Shown piece by piece: positions 25,603 to 34,742 of a stretch of 64,000 bases of DNA (position 1 is the first letter of the stretch; every line of letters starts with the position of its first letter). The DNA lies in NCBI GenBank assembly GCA_964494945.1, contig CAZBTX010000003.1, forward strand, positions 47,897-111,896, read 5' to 3'. This DNA is from an uncultured Candidatus Saccharibacteria bacterium. GTDB lineage: Bacteria > Patescibacteriota > Minisyncoccia > Sungbacterales > JACQCQ01. The notes beneath the pieces were generated by a model. It made no database searches and was not told the origin of the DNA. It saw only the letters and a list, made by a program, of their open reading frames with translations. The translations under genes were made by a program, and so were the position numbers.

Positions 25603-27255
25603 TTAGGCGTTCTTTTGCCCGGGCAACTTCCACCATACGGCTAAAACAATAAAAGCAAAAAACAGGAACCAATTCCGGTATCGTACTGCCGGAGTGATTA
25701 TATCATTCGTGTGTAACTCCGCCGTGATAACCCTTTCCGAAAGGTCAGGACTTTCCAGCACAATTTTTCCAAAAGGATCAAGCATGAACGACCGTTCCCC
25801 GCTTGAAACATAAGAGAGCGCCCGCCTCGTTCCTGCCGCATTTATACGCGCCATGGCGATATTTTGCGCATGCAACACCGGCGACCCCCTCAAAATCGCA
25901 TCGGATGCCGTATACATGAGAATCTCCGCGCCCGCAGCAACTGTTTTTATATTCAAATTCGGCGAAAGTATTTCCGAACAGGTTAAGAGGCCTATTTTCC
26001 CAAAAGGAGACGAAAACACGCCAGCCCCGCTCCCCGACTCATACCATCTTAATTGCCGGTTTCTTTCAAGCCACGCGCCGCCATCAATGACTTTAGCCAT
26101 CCATTGAATAGCGTACGGCAGATATTCGCCATAAGGCATCAAGAACTGCTTTTCATAGAGTCCGATGACACCGCGCTGGTTATCAAATACCGCGGTGGTA
26201 TTTCTAGGTTTGAGAGCGTTTGGAACATGTTCCCACTTCGTCAGTAATATTTGGCGCTTAACGGGAGATAGAAACTCACCTAATTTATCATGACGGGATT
26301 TCTCGTCGGTAAGCGGTATTTGTGGGAACAGAACGGCGCTTTCCGGCACGGCAATAATATCGGCGGGCGGGTCAAGGGCGGCTGTTTCCCGCATCAGGCG
26401 TTTGTAGGTTGCTTCCGCACGGGCGATATAACCGGGTTTGACCCATTCTTCGGGGAAAAATGCGGCTTGTACGAGCGCAATGCGAACCATACTCTTCGGT
26501 TCATAAAAACGTGTACCGATTAGGCGCCCCAGAAATGTAAGCGCGATGAATACGAGCAGCAACAGCGCGCTGAAGAAAAGAACTGGTCTTATTCGTCGCT
26601 CTAGGCGATGCTGAAAGAAATCACGGATTATAACGAAGATAAACATATTCGGCAGGGCAACCAAAAAGCTCAAAAAATACACGCCGCCGATGGCTGAAAA
26701 CTGACGGAGCGCGTCATTGTCGGCCAGTCCGTATCCCAGAAGGGCAAACGCCATATTGTCCCCGACAATCGTTCCTTCCCCGTATCCCAGCGGATGAAAT
26801 GAAAAAAGAAATGTCCGCAAATATTCAAGAAGCGTCCAAAGCAGGGCCAAAGAGACGGTGTCAAAAAGAGTGCCCCTTACAACGCGGCGCGCGAGAACAA
26901 GGAAAATACCGAACGCGATGGCGAAATAACCGACCGGCAGAAACCAGCCGAACACCGCAAGCCACACGCTTCCCCAATAACTGTTGATTCCTATCCATGT
27001 CAGCGGCACGGCATCAAAAAACCACCGAAGATATGTTCCTACTGCCGCGACTCCCGCCAGCCAACCAAGTAAAAACAGCTCCTTTCCACTTTTAGTCGGG
27101 AAAGTAAGTATCAGAAGAAACGGCACCAGGGAAATCCAATACATGCCGGGCGCGATTTTTGGAGGCAAAGAAAAAGCAATAAAAAAACCGGCGCCAACCG
27201 CATACAACCCGTGCCACCAATGACTACGGCAATATCGCCCAAATACCCTTTGCAT
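25603..27255 (-). CDS. lnt: Apolipoprotein N-acyltransferase
   Basis: N-terminal multi-TM region plus C-terminal carbon-nitrogen hydrolase domain with catalytic Glu/Lys/Cys context (…LLTCSEIL…). Confidence 0.75.
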   Translation of the reverse strand: MQRVFGRYCRSHWWHGLYAVGAGFFIAFSLPPKIAPGMYWISLVPFLLILTFPTKSGKELFLLGWLAGVAAVGTYLRWFFDAVPLTWIGINSYWGSVWLAVFGWFLPVGYFAIAFGIFLVLARRVVRGTLFDTVSLALLWTLLEYLRTFLFSFHPLGYGEGTIVGDNMAFALLGYGLADNDALRQFSAIGGVYFLSFLVALPNMFIFVIIRDFFQHRLERRIRPVLFFSALLLLVFIALTFLGRLIGTRFYEPKSMVRIALVQAAFFPEEWVKPGYIARAEATYKRLMRETAALDPPADIIAVPESAVLFPQIPLTDEKSRHDKLGEFLSPVKRQILLTKWEHVPNALKPRNTTAVFDNQRGVIGLYEKQFLMPYGEYLPYAIQWMAKVIDGGAWLERNRQLRWYESGSGAGVFSSPFGKIGLLTCSEILSPNLNIKTVAAGAEILMYTASDAILRGSPVLHAQNIAMARINAAGTRRALSYVSSGERSFMLDPFGKIVLESPDLSERVITAELHTNDIITPAVRYRNWFLFFAFIVLAVWWKLPGQKNA

Positions 27256-27261
27256 TATTTG

Positions 27262-28062
27262 TTAGAACGATCTATTTGCGTTTTCTGCTTGTCTCAAATT
27301 AGTTGTGATAGCGTCTTTAAACGCCCCAAGCCCGTTTTCGGCGGCCTCGGGATTATTCCCGGGATATGCTGCTTGCCAGTCAGCCAACGACAACCCATCA
27401 GCCAATTTTTGGGCGCTCTCAAAGGCCTTTTTTGCTTCTTCAAATTTGCCTAAATTAAGTTCGGCTACGCCGAGGCCGTTCCAAAGCCACGGATTTTTTT
27501 CGGCATTCAGTGCTTCTTTAAAGGCCGAGTTTAAAATTTTTTCCGCTTTTTCGTATTTTGCTTCTTTTTGCAAAATCCAGGCCAGGTCATTGTATCCCGC
27601 CCATTCCTTGGGCGCCCATTCTGTGAATCGGCGGAAGTCATCTTCGGCGGCCGCCAGATTGCCACCATATCCGTAAATCAGCCCGCGGACGTACAAAGAG
27701 CGTAGATTTTCCGGATTAGCTTCCAGTTCTTTGTTGATTTCCGCAAGCGCTTCAGCATATTTGCCTTTTACAAAAATAATTCGCGCCAGCTGGTAATGCC
27801 CCCATAGGATTTTAGGGTCGGCTACCACGGCCTTCCGGTACGCCCGCTCGGCTTTCGCCAAATCGTAAGCCCCGCCGTTAAAATAATAGTTGCCGAGTTG
27901 CATAGAAAGTCCGGCGTCTCGTCCCACAAGAGCCAGCGCGGCGGCAGGGGAGCGGTATTTTTGCCAGGCGGCATCCGCCAAAGAATCCCGCCAAAATAAA
28001 AAACCTAGGAGAAAGATCAAACAAACGGCGACAATAATTTCCCAGTGCTTCGCAAAGAACAT
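27262..28062 (-). CDS. Membrane-anchored TPR-repeat protein
   Basis: N-terminal TM helix then tetratricopeptide-like repeats (A/L/Y-rich 34-aa periodicity). Confidence 0.6.
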   Translation of the reverse strand: MFFAKHWEIIVAVCLIFLLGFLFWRDSLADAAWQKYRSPAAALALVGRDAGLSMQLGNYYFNGGAYDLAKAERAYRKAVVADPKILWGHYQLARIIFVKGKYAEALAEINKELEANPENLRSLYVRGLIYGYGGNLAAAEDDFRRFTEWAPKEWAGYNDLAWILQKEAKYEKAEKILNSAFKEALNAEKNPWLWNGLGVAELNLGKFEEAKKAFESAQKLADGLSLADWQAAYPGNNPEAAENGLGAFKDAITTNLRQAENANRSF

Positions 28063-28065
28063 TTA

Positions 28066-28350
28066 TTAGTGTGGTTTTATTCTCTTCTGCAAAAGGCCGT
28101 GTTCTGATTGTTTTTTTCTTCCTCTATTTCCGTCTTGCTCTATAGACCACTCCAGTAAGTTGATGTACCAATTTAGGTATCCAACAAGCGCTTGGGCTTG
28201 GCAATTCGCGCAGTCAAAACAAAGCTCGGTACACACTCTTTTCCCGAATCCCTTTTGAACGTCCTTTTTTAATTGTTTTGCGATTCGCAAAGAAACTTTA
28301 TCGTTCATGCACGTTTTTATCATTCCCAATAACACTTCGGACATTCCCAA
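28066..28350 (-). CDS. Small Cys-rich protein, 94 aa (CTELCFDCANCQ cluster); start uncertain
   Basis: ORF overlapping the preceding ORF by 31 nt in another frame. Confidence 0.35.
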   Translation of the reverse strand: MGMSEVLLGMIKTCMNDKVSLRIAKQLKKDVQKGFGKRVCTELCFDCANCQAQALVGYLNWYINLLEWSIEQDGNRGRKKQSEHGLLQKRIKPH

Positions 28351-28595
28351 TACTCGACATGAGCATAGGATTTCGGATCCTTTTTCAAAACATCAACAAC
28401 CATGTCGCCTATACGGCGCTTAACAATGCCGGCTCGATAGGCCTTGTCCCACTCTTTTTTCTTAAATAGCGGAATCTTGCCGAAATAGTGTCCGCCCCGA
28501 TATCGGCCACCCCGATACTGTATAAGCCGGATGTTTCTCGCGCATATCGAACATTTCTTGAAGGATCGTTTCTTGATTTCTTTATGCACCACCAT
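28320..28595 (-). CDS. Small zinc-ribbon protein, 91 aa (CSIC ... CPKC, with an RGGRYRGG segment)
   Basis: Two CxxC pairs at N- and C-terminal ends. Confidence 0.4.
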   Translation of the reverse strand: MVVHKEIKKRSFKKCSICARNIRLIQYRGGRYRGGHYFGKIPLFKKKEWDKAYRAGIVKRRIGDMVVDVLKKDPKSYAHVEYWECPKCYWE

Positions 28596-28613
28596 GGAGA
28601 AGATAGCACTGAC

Positions 28614-28874
28614 TCAAGAATACAAGTTGCTATGCGTATCGATAATGGCAAATTCAACAGAGGTATCGTTCAATGGTTTATAGAAAGCACGGAAATCGCC
28701 GGTTACATTGATACTGCGAAAATCTCGCCACTCACCATGGAGGGCATGATTATTAAGTAATGGGTTAAAAGGATTGGTAATAAATAGCCGGAGCCTCTTT
28801 TTGAACTTATCTCTTACCGACTTCGGAAGTTTTTGATAATTTTTATCAAAATTCTTGTGAAAGAGAACTTTCAT
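28614..28874 (-). CDS. Type II toxin RelE/YafQ family
   Basis: 86 aa; '...NNHALHGEWRDFRSINVTGDFRAFYK...' matches the YafQ/RelE core; overlaps the antitoxin by ATGA. Confidence 0.75.
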   Translation of the reverse strand: MKVLFHKNFDKNYQKLPKSVRDKFKKRLRLFITNPFNPLLNNHALHGEWRDFRSINVTGDFRAFYKPLNDTSVEFAIIDTHSNLYS

Positions 28875-29146
28875 AGCCGATCAAGGTGCCGGAGCGCTTC
28901 TTCATAGGCAAACGGCCTGCGGGCATTCTTGTCGCTTTTGATATCCTTAATAATTTGCCGGAGCAGTTTTTGAGTACGCTTGTTCGGCATCGGAGGCACC
29001 GAGAAAATAACCCGCTTTTCACGTATAAATTCTTTAAGATACGCGTTGATGATAGTTCCCAGTGGAAGTCCAAGCTCCCGTGCCGCCATCTGCGCTTCTT
29101 GTTTGAGCTTTTTATCAGTTTTTACATTAAGCAACGTTTTTTCCAT
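28871..29146 (-). CDS. Type II antitoxin RelB/DinJ family
   Basis: 91 aa; ribbon-helix-helix N-terminus '...LNVKTDKKLKQEAQMAARELGLPLGTIINAYL'. Confidence 0.75.
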   Translation of the reverse strand: MEKTLLNVKTDKKLKQEAQMAARELGLPLGTIINAYLKEFIREKRVIFSVPPMPNKRTQKLLRQIIKDIKSDKNARRPFAYEEALRHLDRL

Positions 29147-29252
29147 ATATCCATAGTATATACTTTAGTTGTATATATCGTCAATTCTCCAATAAATAAA
29201 TTAGCGCCAACTGATAATGCCCTCAAAGAATCTTAGGGGCAATTATATTTCT

Positions 29253-29405
29253 TTATTTCCCCACAGCCAGCCCGTAAACTACGGATTCCGTAACTCCATC
29301 AATATCAACCAGCGTCTCCAAGTTATGGTCCCGCGTGCCGCCCAGAGCACAGCATTTAAGACCAAGCGCCTCCGAAACCAAATATATGTTTTGGCCACGC
29401 GATAA
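29253..29405 (-). pseudogene. Remnant of a SagB-type (nitroreductase-fold) dehydrogenase paralog: ...GQNIYLVSEALGLKCCALGGTRDHNLETLVDIDGVTESVVYGLAVGK*
   Basis: Hand-translated 50-codon segment aligns with the C-terminus of the 32248..32967 product (GQNIYLVGTALGLGVLAIGRMTDHAAVERELDLDAEEETVFYQLAIGYPKK); in-frame stops lie upstream. Confidence 0.6.
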
Positions 29406-29526
29406 CGACAAGGTTGTCCTTATAACTAATTATTGCCAGTAGTGCGATTATTCCAATACTGGCAAAGATATACCCCTGTCTCATCAACAGGTTTTTGTTA
29501 CACTGCTCTGCTATGCGGGATCCCCG

Positions 29527-30645
29527 CTATAAATCCTGTAGTGCTTTCCCAAACTCTTCTCTGTTTCGGAATACGAAGATGTTCTTTTCCTTGAACTCGG
29601 CCGTGACCGCAAGGTAGCGCTCAAGATATTGTTTGGCCATTGCTTTATCGCGCTTTGCCATGTACGTGCGAGCAAGGGTTTCCAGACAGATTGATTTAGG
29701 GTAGTCAAATTGAGTAACTCCAGCTATTTTCCCACTAGCAGTTGTAATTGCTTGACTATAATCTCCAGTATAGTAATATATTTTCCCCAAAATACATTGG
29801 TGAATATTTTTCTTACTAAAGGTTTTTTCAGCGAGTGCGTCGGCTTTCTGGTACTCATCAAGGGCTTGTTTCAAGTTTTTTTCTGCTGCAAATTGTTGAG
29901 CCAAAATGAGGTGAGCGATTTGGACATCGACATTGGCATTGTCTCCGGCGGCACTAATGGCGGCCGAGGCGAAGGATTTGGTACTTGAAGTATCACTCGA
30001 ATACGAAAATAATCTGGCGGTGAGCACCTGCAGGCGGTAAACGCTCTTCTCATAGATAGTTCTGCCATTGACGCTCAGGTTCGCCGTATTTAAGCCGAAA
30101 ACGGGCAAGAGTATTTGCAGGGCCTCTGCGGGTTTGTTAGAGCGGTCAAAGTAATCTAGCGCCACGTAATACCTCGCAACGAATGAAGTGTCCGGTGCCA
30201 ATTCTATAAGTTCTAGATATTGAGCTGTCGCCTCGGGGTATTGCTTTAGCATCCAATGCGCAAATCCAGCGTCATTCAGGGCCTCTTTAAAATTGTTATA
30301 ATTTTTATTTTTTAAATTAAGAGCTATAGCCGCCTCGTACTTGTCTACAGCTTCCGGATAGTTCGCATTGGGGTATAGTAACGGGCCACCGACATCGGGT
30401 TTACCCAAAGCCAACTTCCCAAGATAGAAGTGGGGTTCCGGATTTTTTGAATCGAATTTTAAGGCTTTCTCAAAAAGCGGTTTGGCCTTAGTGATATTTC
30501 CACCTTGGAATTCCTGAATACCGCGTTTAAAATAGTAGCCAGCAATGGCTTTGGAACCATACAAAAAACCGCCAACGGCAAGCAAAAGCACGATAATGCC
30601 GGAGATAACCCAAAACGGCTTTAAGTTGCGCGGCGTCTCATCCAT
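29527..30645 (-). CDS. Membrane-anchored TPR-repeat protein
   Basis: N-terminal TM then TPR-like repeats. Confidence 0.6.
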   Translation of the reverse strand: MDETPRNLKPFWVISGIIVLLLAVGGFLYGSKAIAGYYFKRGIQEFQGGNITKAKPLFEKALKFDSKNPEPHFYLGKLALGKPDVGGPLLYPNANYPEAVDKYEAAIALNLKNKNYNNFKEALNDAGFAHWMLKQYPEATAQYLELIELAPDTSFVARYYVALDYFDRSNKPAEALQILLPVFGLNTANLSVNGRTIYEKSVYRLQVLTARLFSYSSDTSSTKSFASAAISAAGDNANVDVQIAHLILAQQFAAEKNLKQALDEYQKADALAEKTFSKKNIHQCILGKIYYYTGDYSQAITTASGKIAGVTQFDYPKSICLETLARTYMAKRDKAMAKQYLERYLAVTAEFKEKNIFVFRNREEFGKALQDL

Positions 30646-30648
30646 GAA

Positions 30649-32151
30649 TTACTTTGTGTATTTCTCAAGAGGTATAAGTGATTTAAGGCGCGTTCTTGCT
30701 TCTTCCGAAATTCGTTCCTCCCAATTTCCGGCGAGCGCCTTAGATTCTTTTCTAATCGCCGAATAAAAACCGAATGATTTCATAAGATAAGTTTCCCCTT
30801 CTTGCTGGCCGCAGTTCAATTCGGGACTTCTGAACTCAACATCTACAGTATCGCCGGGAATGAGATGGAGGTATTCGGCAGCTGAAGTTTCCGAAAGCGT
30901 TGACGTCACATCCCCAGCTCTAGAACTCTCCGCATGTTCGACCGTCAATTCCTCAATTCGATACCGGCGCTCTTCCATGTCTTGGAGCGCGCCGAGGAAT
31001 CCTAAAGCATGGCGCTTGGTAAAATCTGCGCGAATTTCCAAAGAGCCGTCTTCGCGAACCGCCCCTTTAGGAAGTGTGATAATTTCAGCTCCGTAGTTCC
31101 AGGCCCGGGGCTTATTAATCGCGGCCTGCTTCCACTTTCCCGAAGGGTCTTTGTAGGAAAAGTAGATTGATTTGCCACCGCACATTGACCCACCATCACC
31201 TCCACCCCCACCCCCACCTCCACCGCCACTCCCAACTATAAAAGGAGTAAACGCTAAAGCCCCCGAAAGTCCTTTTCTGCCCAAGAAAAAATAGACCGTG
31301 GCAATAGCGAGAATCGCCATACGCGCAGCCGTGTTGGTAAATATTTGAGGGATAAATTCTCGCATACTCCGCTTACTCACTCTTTTCCCCGGCATCCAAT
31401 CGCGGAATACCGATTTCACAAAAAGATTAACCGCTTTTTCTGTAGAAAGGCTTTGAAAAGTGAATTCAATGAAGTCCCCCCTTTGCAGGATAGACGCGCC
31501 GCTGGGGTTTGATTCCCAAAGCGCTTGTTTATCGCCGTAACGACCGCTGATTTCTAAAGTGCCGTTTAAAAGCACGTTTTGGGGTAGCTGTAGATTCTTT
31601 TCGGTTGAGGATTTATCCAGTACCCATATTTTCTCAAACGAGGAATCAACAAAAACCTCTGATGTTTTAGGATGGATTACGCGAATTAGTTTTACCCAAT
31701 CAACAAATGATTCTTCAAGTTCATTCTCTTGAAGCTGTATTATAAGTTTCCCATCTTTTTTCCGTGGTGGTGCGCTAAATTTTAACAAATCAGGAATAGT
31801 GAAACGACGCTTCAGTGATTGAAACGATTTTATGTTCGCGTAATCTGTAATAAAATATTCCGGCCTCCCGCCAAGGAAATCGTTCTCTATCTTAAATTTC
31901 GTCCCGTCAAAGTAGGCCACATGCGGGCACCCAAAGCCGCAGTCACCGCCAGAGCAGTTGCTACAACTGGGCGCAGGCGCATCCGCCTTGGCTTTGTCTG
32001 AGCCGAAGAGGTTTGCATCCTTATTTCCGTTAGATGGAGAGTTACTCTTGATCAGGTTGGAAACATTGATGAATACCCAACCCAGGAATAAAAGAAGAAT
32101 TAAAAACAGGGCTTTGAAAATAAACAAAGACGAATTGATAATTTTTTTCAT
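30649..32151 (-). CDS. Unusual 500-aa membrane protein: N-terminal signal-anchor, Cys cluster CSNCSGGDCGFGCPH, internal TM, and a poly-Gly/Cys segment GSGGGGGGGGGGDGGSMCGG
   Basis: Features read from the translation; no family recognised; lies immediately downstream of the YcaO/dehydrogenase pair. Confidence 0.6.
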   Translation of the reverse strand: MKKIINSSLFIFKALFLILLLFLGWVFINVSNLIKSNSPSNGNKDANLFGSDKAKADAPAPSCSNCSGGDCGFGCPHVAYFDGTKFKIENDFLGGRPEYFITDYANIKSFQSLKRRFTIPDLLKFSAPPRKKDGKLIIQLQENELEESFVDWVKLIRVIHPKTSEVFVDSSFEKIWVLDKSSTEKNLQLPQNVLLNGTLEISGRYGDKQALWESNPSGASILQRGDFIEFTFQSLSTEKAVNLFVKSVFRDWMPGKRVSKRSMREFIPQIFTNTAARMAILAIATVYFFLGRKGLSGALAFTPFIVGSGGGGGGGGGGDGGSMCGGKSIYFSYKDPSGKWKQAAINKPRAWNYGAEIITLPKGAVREDGSLEIRADFTKRHALGFLGALQDMEERRYRIEELTVEHAESSRAGDVTSTLSETSAAEYLHLIPGDTVDVEFRSPELNCGQQEGETYLMKSFGFYSAIRKESKALAGNWEERISEEARTRLKSLIPLEKYTK

Positions 32152-32247
32152 AAATGCTTCTTAGTGATGCGTTGGAATTGTACTTACTATAAACCTAGTT
32201 ATTTTTTCATCAACACTAAGTTTATTCACAGTAATTCTATCATTTTT

Positions 32248-32967
32248 CTATTTTTTAGGGTAGCCGATGGCTAACTGGTAAAATACGGTCTCTTCTTCCG
32301 CATCTAAATCAAGTTCGCGCTCAACCGCGGCGTGATCAGTCATCCTGCCAATAGCTAGAACTCCCAATCCCAAAGCCGTCCCCACAAGGTAAATATTCTG
32401 CCCGATATGACCGCCCTCAAGGATTCCAAGTTTATATCCAAGATTGCCGTATTTTCCCGCGGTTCGTTCGCCGACAAACGACAGCAAAATCAGCGCCGGA
32501 GCTGTTTTGTAGAAATCATAAGTCGTGGCTTGTCGAATTTTCTCAGCGTCTGCGCCGTGAATCAGTTCTAGCGAATGTTCCAGAAAGTTGTAGTGATACG
32601 CGCCCTTCTTAACACCTTTTCCATTAAATAACGCGACATAAATTTCAACTGGGAATCTTGCGCCGCCGGAGGGATAGGGCCGGCGGAACGAATTTCCCGT
32701 TGCGCTTAATTTGTGGATTGGGCCCGCGCTCCAAAAAAGCAATCTGCCCAATACGTTTTGAGATATGGGTTGGTTAGAAAAATTTCTTTCCGTTCTCCTC
32801 TTCAATAAGGCCTCGGCCAAGTTTAAACTGGGGAATGATTTGAATTTGGACAAAAAAATGCGCGGCGAGCGCGGATATTCTTTAAAGGAAATATTTTTCC
32901 ATTCCGTCGCTTCAGGGTCAATAGCCGGCCTGTCTTTGTAAAAAAAATCAAAAAATGGATCTGGCAT
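32248..32967 (-). CDS. SagB-type dehydrogenase (nitroreductase superfamily; McbC-like oxidase of azoline-forming RiPP pathways)
   Basis: Nitroreductase-fold motifs and the '...RPYPSGGARFP...' signature of SagB/ThcOx dehydrogenases. Confidence 0.7.
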   Translation of the reverse strand: MPDPFFDFFYKDRPAIDPEATEWKNISFKEYPRSPRIFLSKFKSFPSLNLAEALLKRRTERNFSNQPISQNVLGRLLFWSAGPIHKLSATGNSFRRPYPSGGARFPVEIYVALFNGKGVKKGAYHYNFLEHSLELIHGADAEKIRQATTYDFYKTAPALILLSFVGERTAGKYGNLGYKLGILEGGHIGQNIYLVGTALGLGVLAIGRMTDHAAVERELDLDAEEETVFYQLAIGYPKK

Positions 32968-32990
32968 AAGACTTCCGGTGTTACCTTTTA

Positions 32991-34481
32991 TTATAAAAAT
33001 GGGTGAGGTATGACATTAAACTCCTCTTCTTTTTTAGGTCGTTGAAATATCCCCATCTTTATCGGCGCTTCATGAAGGCGCTGCGAGCCGAGACACTTAA
33101 AATGTTCGTTAAGATACAACGGGTAAAGACCGGCAACCAGCGCCATTACCACACGGAGTCCGGCTTGACTTGCGAGCGAACCGGTAATATCGGTAATGTA
33201 AGCACTAAGTCCATAATTAGTCAGGATCTTCTTAAGTTCTTTCAGTTTAGCGGCATCGTCTTTCCCCTCATGGCCATTTCTCTCCAGTATCTCAGTTTGC
33301 CCCAAAAACATAAATTCGGCGTCCCGGTCGCGTCTTTCGTCGCACCAATAAATTCTGCGCTCGTTAAGGTTTTCTATAGCCGGCGCTTTTTGCTCAACTC
33401 GTTTAATTTCTTCCACGGTTGTTGTTGAAAGAAATCCCGCGCGAAAGCCGTCAGTCAGCGCGGCAACCAGCGCTTTCTCTTTATCAAGATCACAACGCGG
33501 GGATAGATAAAGTCGCGGCAACCCCGGCGCATGAGGCCTAATCACCGCCATAAATACCGGCACCCTTAGATCAGTCGTGATATCAAGCAGGGATACGTTG
33601 ATAGCATATTTTTCATAAAGGTTTAAAAGCGCGTTGATTTCCAGATGGCCGAGTTTGCGGAGGGCTGTCAATTCTACTTGGGGAGGAGAAATCTGATTAA
33701 GCCAGTGAACCATCAGAGCGTCGCGTTCTATGACCTCGCATAGGGCGTGATATGCGGCCCCGTCCCAGGAAATTCCGGCGGCCCCGCCGTTGGAAATGGT
33801 CTGGCGGATACGTGGCTCTTCCGATAAAAAATCATATTTGATATGAGCCAGCTGTGCTGGGACCAGATATATCCCATTTCCTTCCAGAGAAACCGATTTT
33901 ACCCAGCGGAAGGTGGAATCACTTTTAATTCGATGCGGCGCATATTCCGGCCTTTCGAGCTGGGCGGAGGAAAAATGATTGAACAGCCGCGGGTCAATGG
34001 CTTTATTGTGACCGAGCTTTTCAAAAGAACCGGTGACAAATCTTTGATAATCCGGGGTAGCAAGCGTATGCCATTCAATAAGTTCGGCAACCGCCTTAGT
34101 AGCCGCAATTTCCGGATCCAGAGCGTAACCGGAAGCATGAACTTCGTTGCTTGAAAGAATGGAGAAAGCCGGGATATGCGGCCATCCGGCTATTGGTTGA
34201 GGAAAAAAGATTTTCTCAATCACTCCTTTGCGGGCAAGTTCACGCAGTATGCGCTGGAAACGAGCGGGAATATTATCCCACGGGGACAAGGAGCTTTTAA
34301 CATATATTTCTCCGCCCATAAGCACTTCTAGGGAAAGGAAGAAATTTTTGGTCAAGCGTTCAAGAAAATTATTGGAGGATTGAGGCCGACCAAACGGCCG
34401 TTTGGACCAAACAGCCACTCTTTCTTTCGCGTAATCAGCTAGCCGCTTGCCGCGAATGAATTGGATTTTGTTTTCGGTCAT
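32991..34481 (-). CDS. YcaO-domain protein (ATP-dependent cyclodehydratase/amide-activating enzyme) with a roughly 110-aa N-terminal extension
   Basis: YcaO core ('HASGYALDPEIAATKAVAELIEWH...', 'GGAAGISWDGAAYHALCEVIERD'); 23 bp upstream of the SagB-type gene. Confidence 0.7.
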   Translation of the reverse strand: MTENKIQFIRGKRLADYAKERVAVWSKRPFGRPQSSNNFLERLTKNFFLSLEVLMGGEIYVKSSLSPWDNIPARFQRILRELARKGVIEKIFFPQPIAGWPHIPAFSILSSNEVHASGYALDPEIAATKAVAELIEWHTLATPDYQRFVTGSFEKLGHNKAIDPRLFNHFSSAQLERPEYAPHRIKSDSTFRWVKSVSLEGNGIYLVPAQLAHIKYDFLSEEPRIRQTISNGGAAGISWDGAAYHALCEVIERDALMVHWLNQISPPQVELTALRKLGHLEINALLNLYEKYAINVSLLDITTDLRVPVFMAVIRPHAPGLPRLYLSPRCDLDKEKALVAALTDGFRAGFLSTTTVEEIKRVEQKAPAIENLNERRIYWCDERRDRDAEFMFLGQTEILERNGHEGKDDAAKLKELKKILTNYGLSAYITDITGSLASQAGLRVVMALVAGLYPLYLNEHFKCLGSQRLHEAPIKMGIFQRPKKEEEFNVIPHPFL

Positions 34482-34742
34482 ATATCTTAGTGGATGCTGG
34501 CTTTTAACAGAAAAAGTTGGTTAGTTACAAGATACGAATCATTTATTTTAAGTTAATACACCCGTAGCTTACTGCGGATAATGCCCGCCGGTAAGCATCC
34601 TCAATTAAAAGAATTCAATCTTCAGCGGTGCTTCTTCTACGTAAGAATAATATTTAGTGATTTCTTGTCTTTTACGGCATCGGATAGTACGGTGGGGATA
34701 CAGAAACCATTTTTACCCTATCTCTTTGGACGAAAAAACACA

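Noticed and set aside
29411-29520. 47-aa hydrophobic ORF (MRQGYIFASIGIIALLAIISYKDNLVVIAWPKHIFGFGGAWS) upstream of and overlapping the SagB fragment in another frame
   Set aside because: No RBS and it overlaps a recognisable decayed gene. Probably fortuitous.
31195-31240. CCACC/CCCCA simple-sequence run
   Set aside because: It is the coding sequence for the poly-Gly segment of the 500-aa protein, not an intergenic microsatellite. It could still be slippage-prone.
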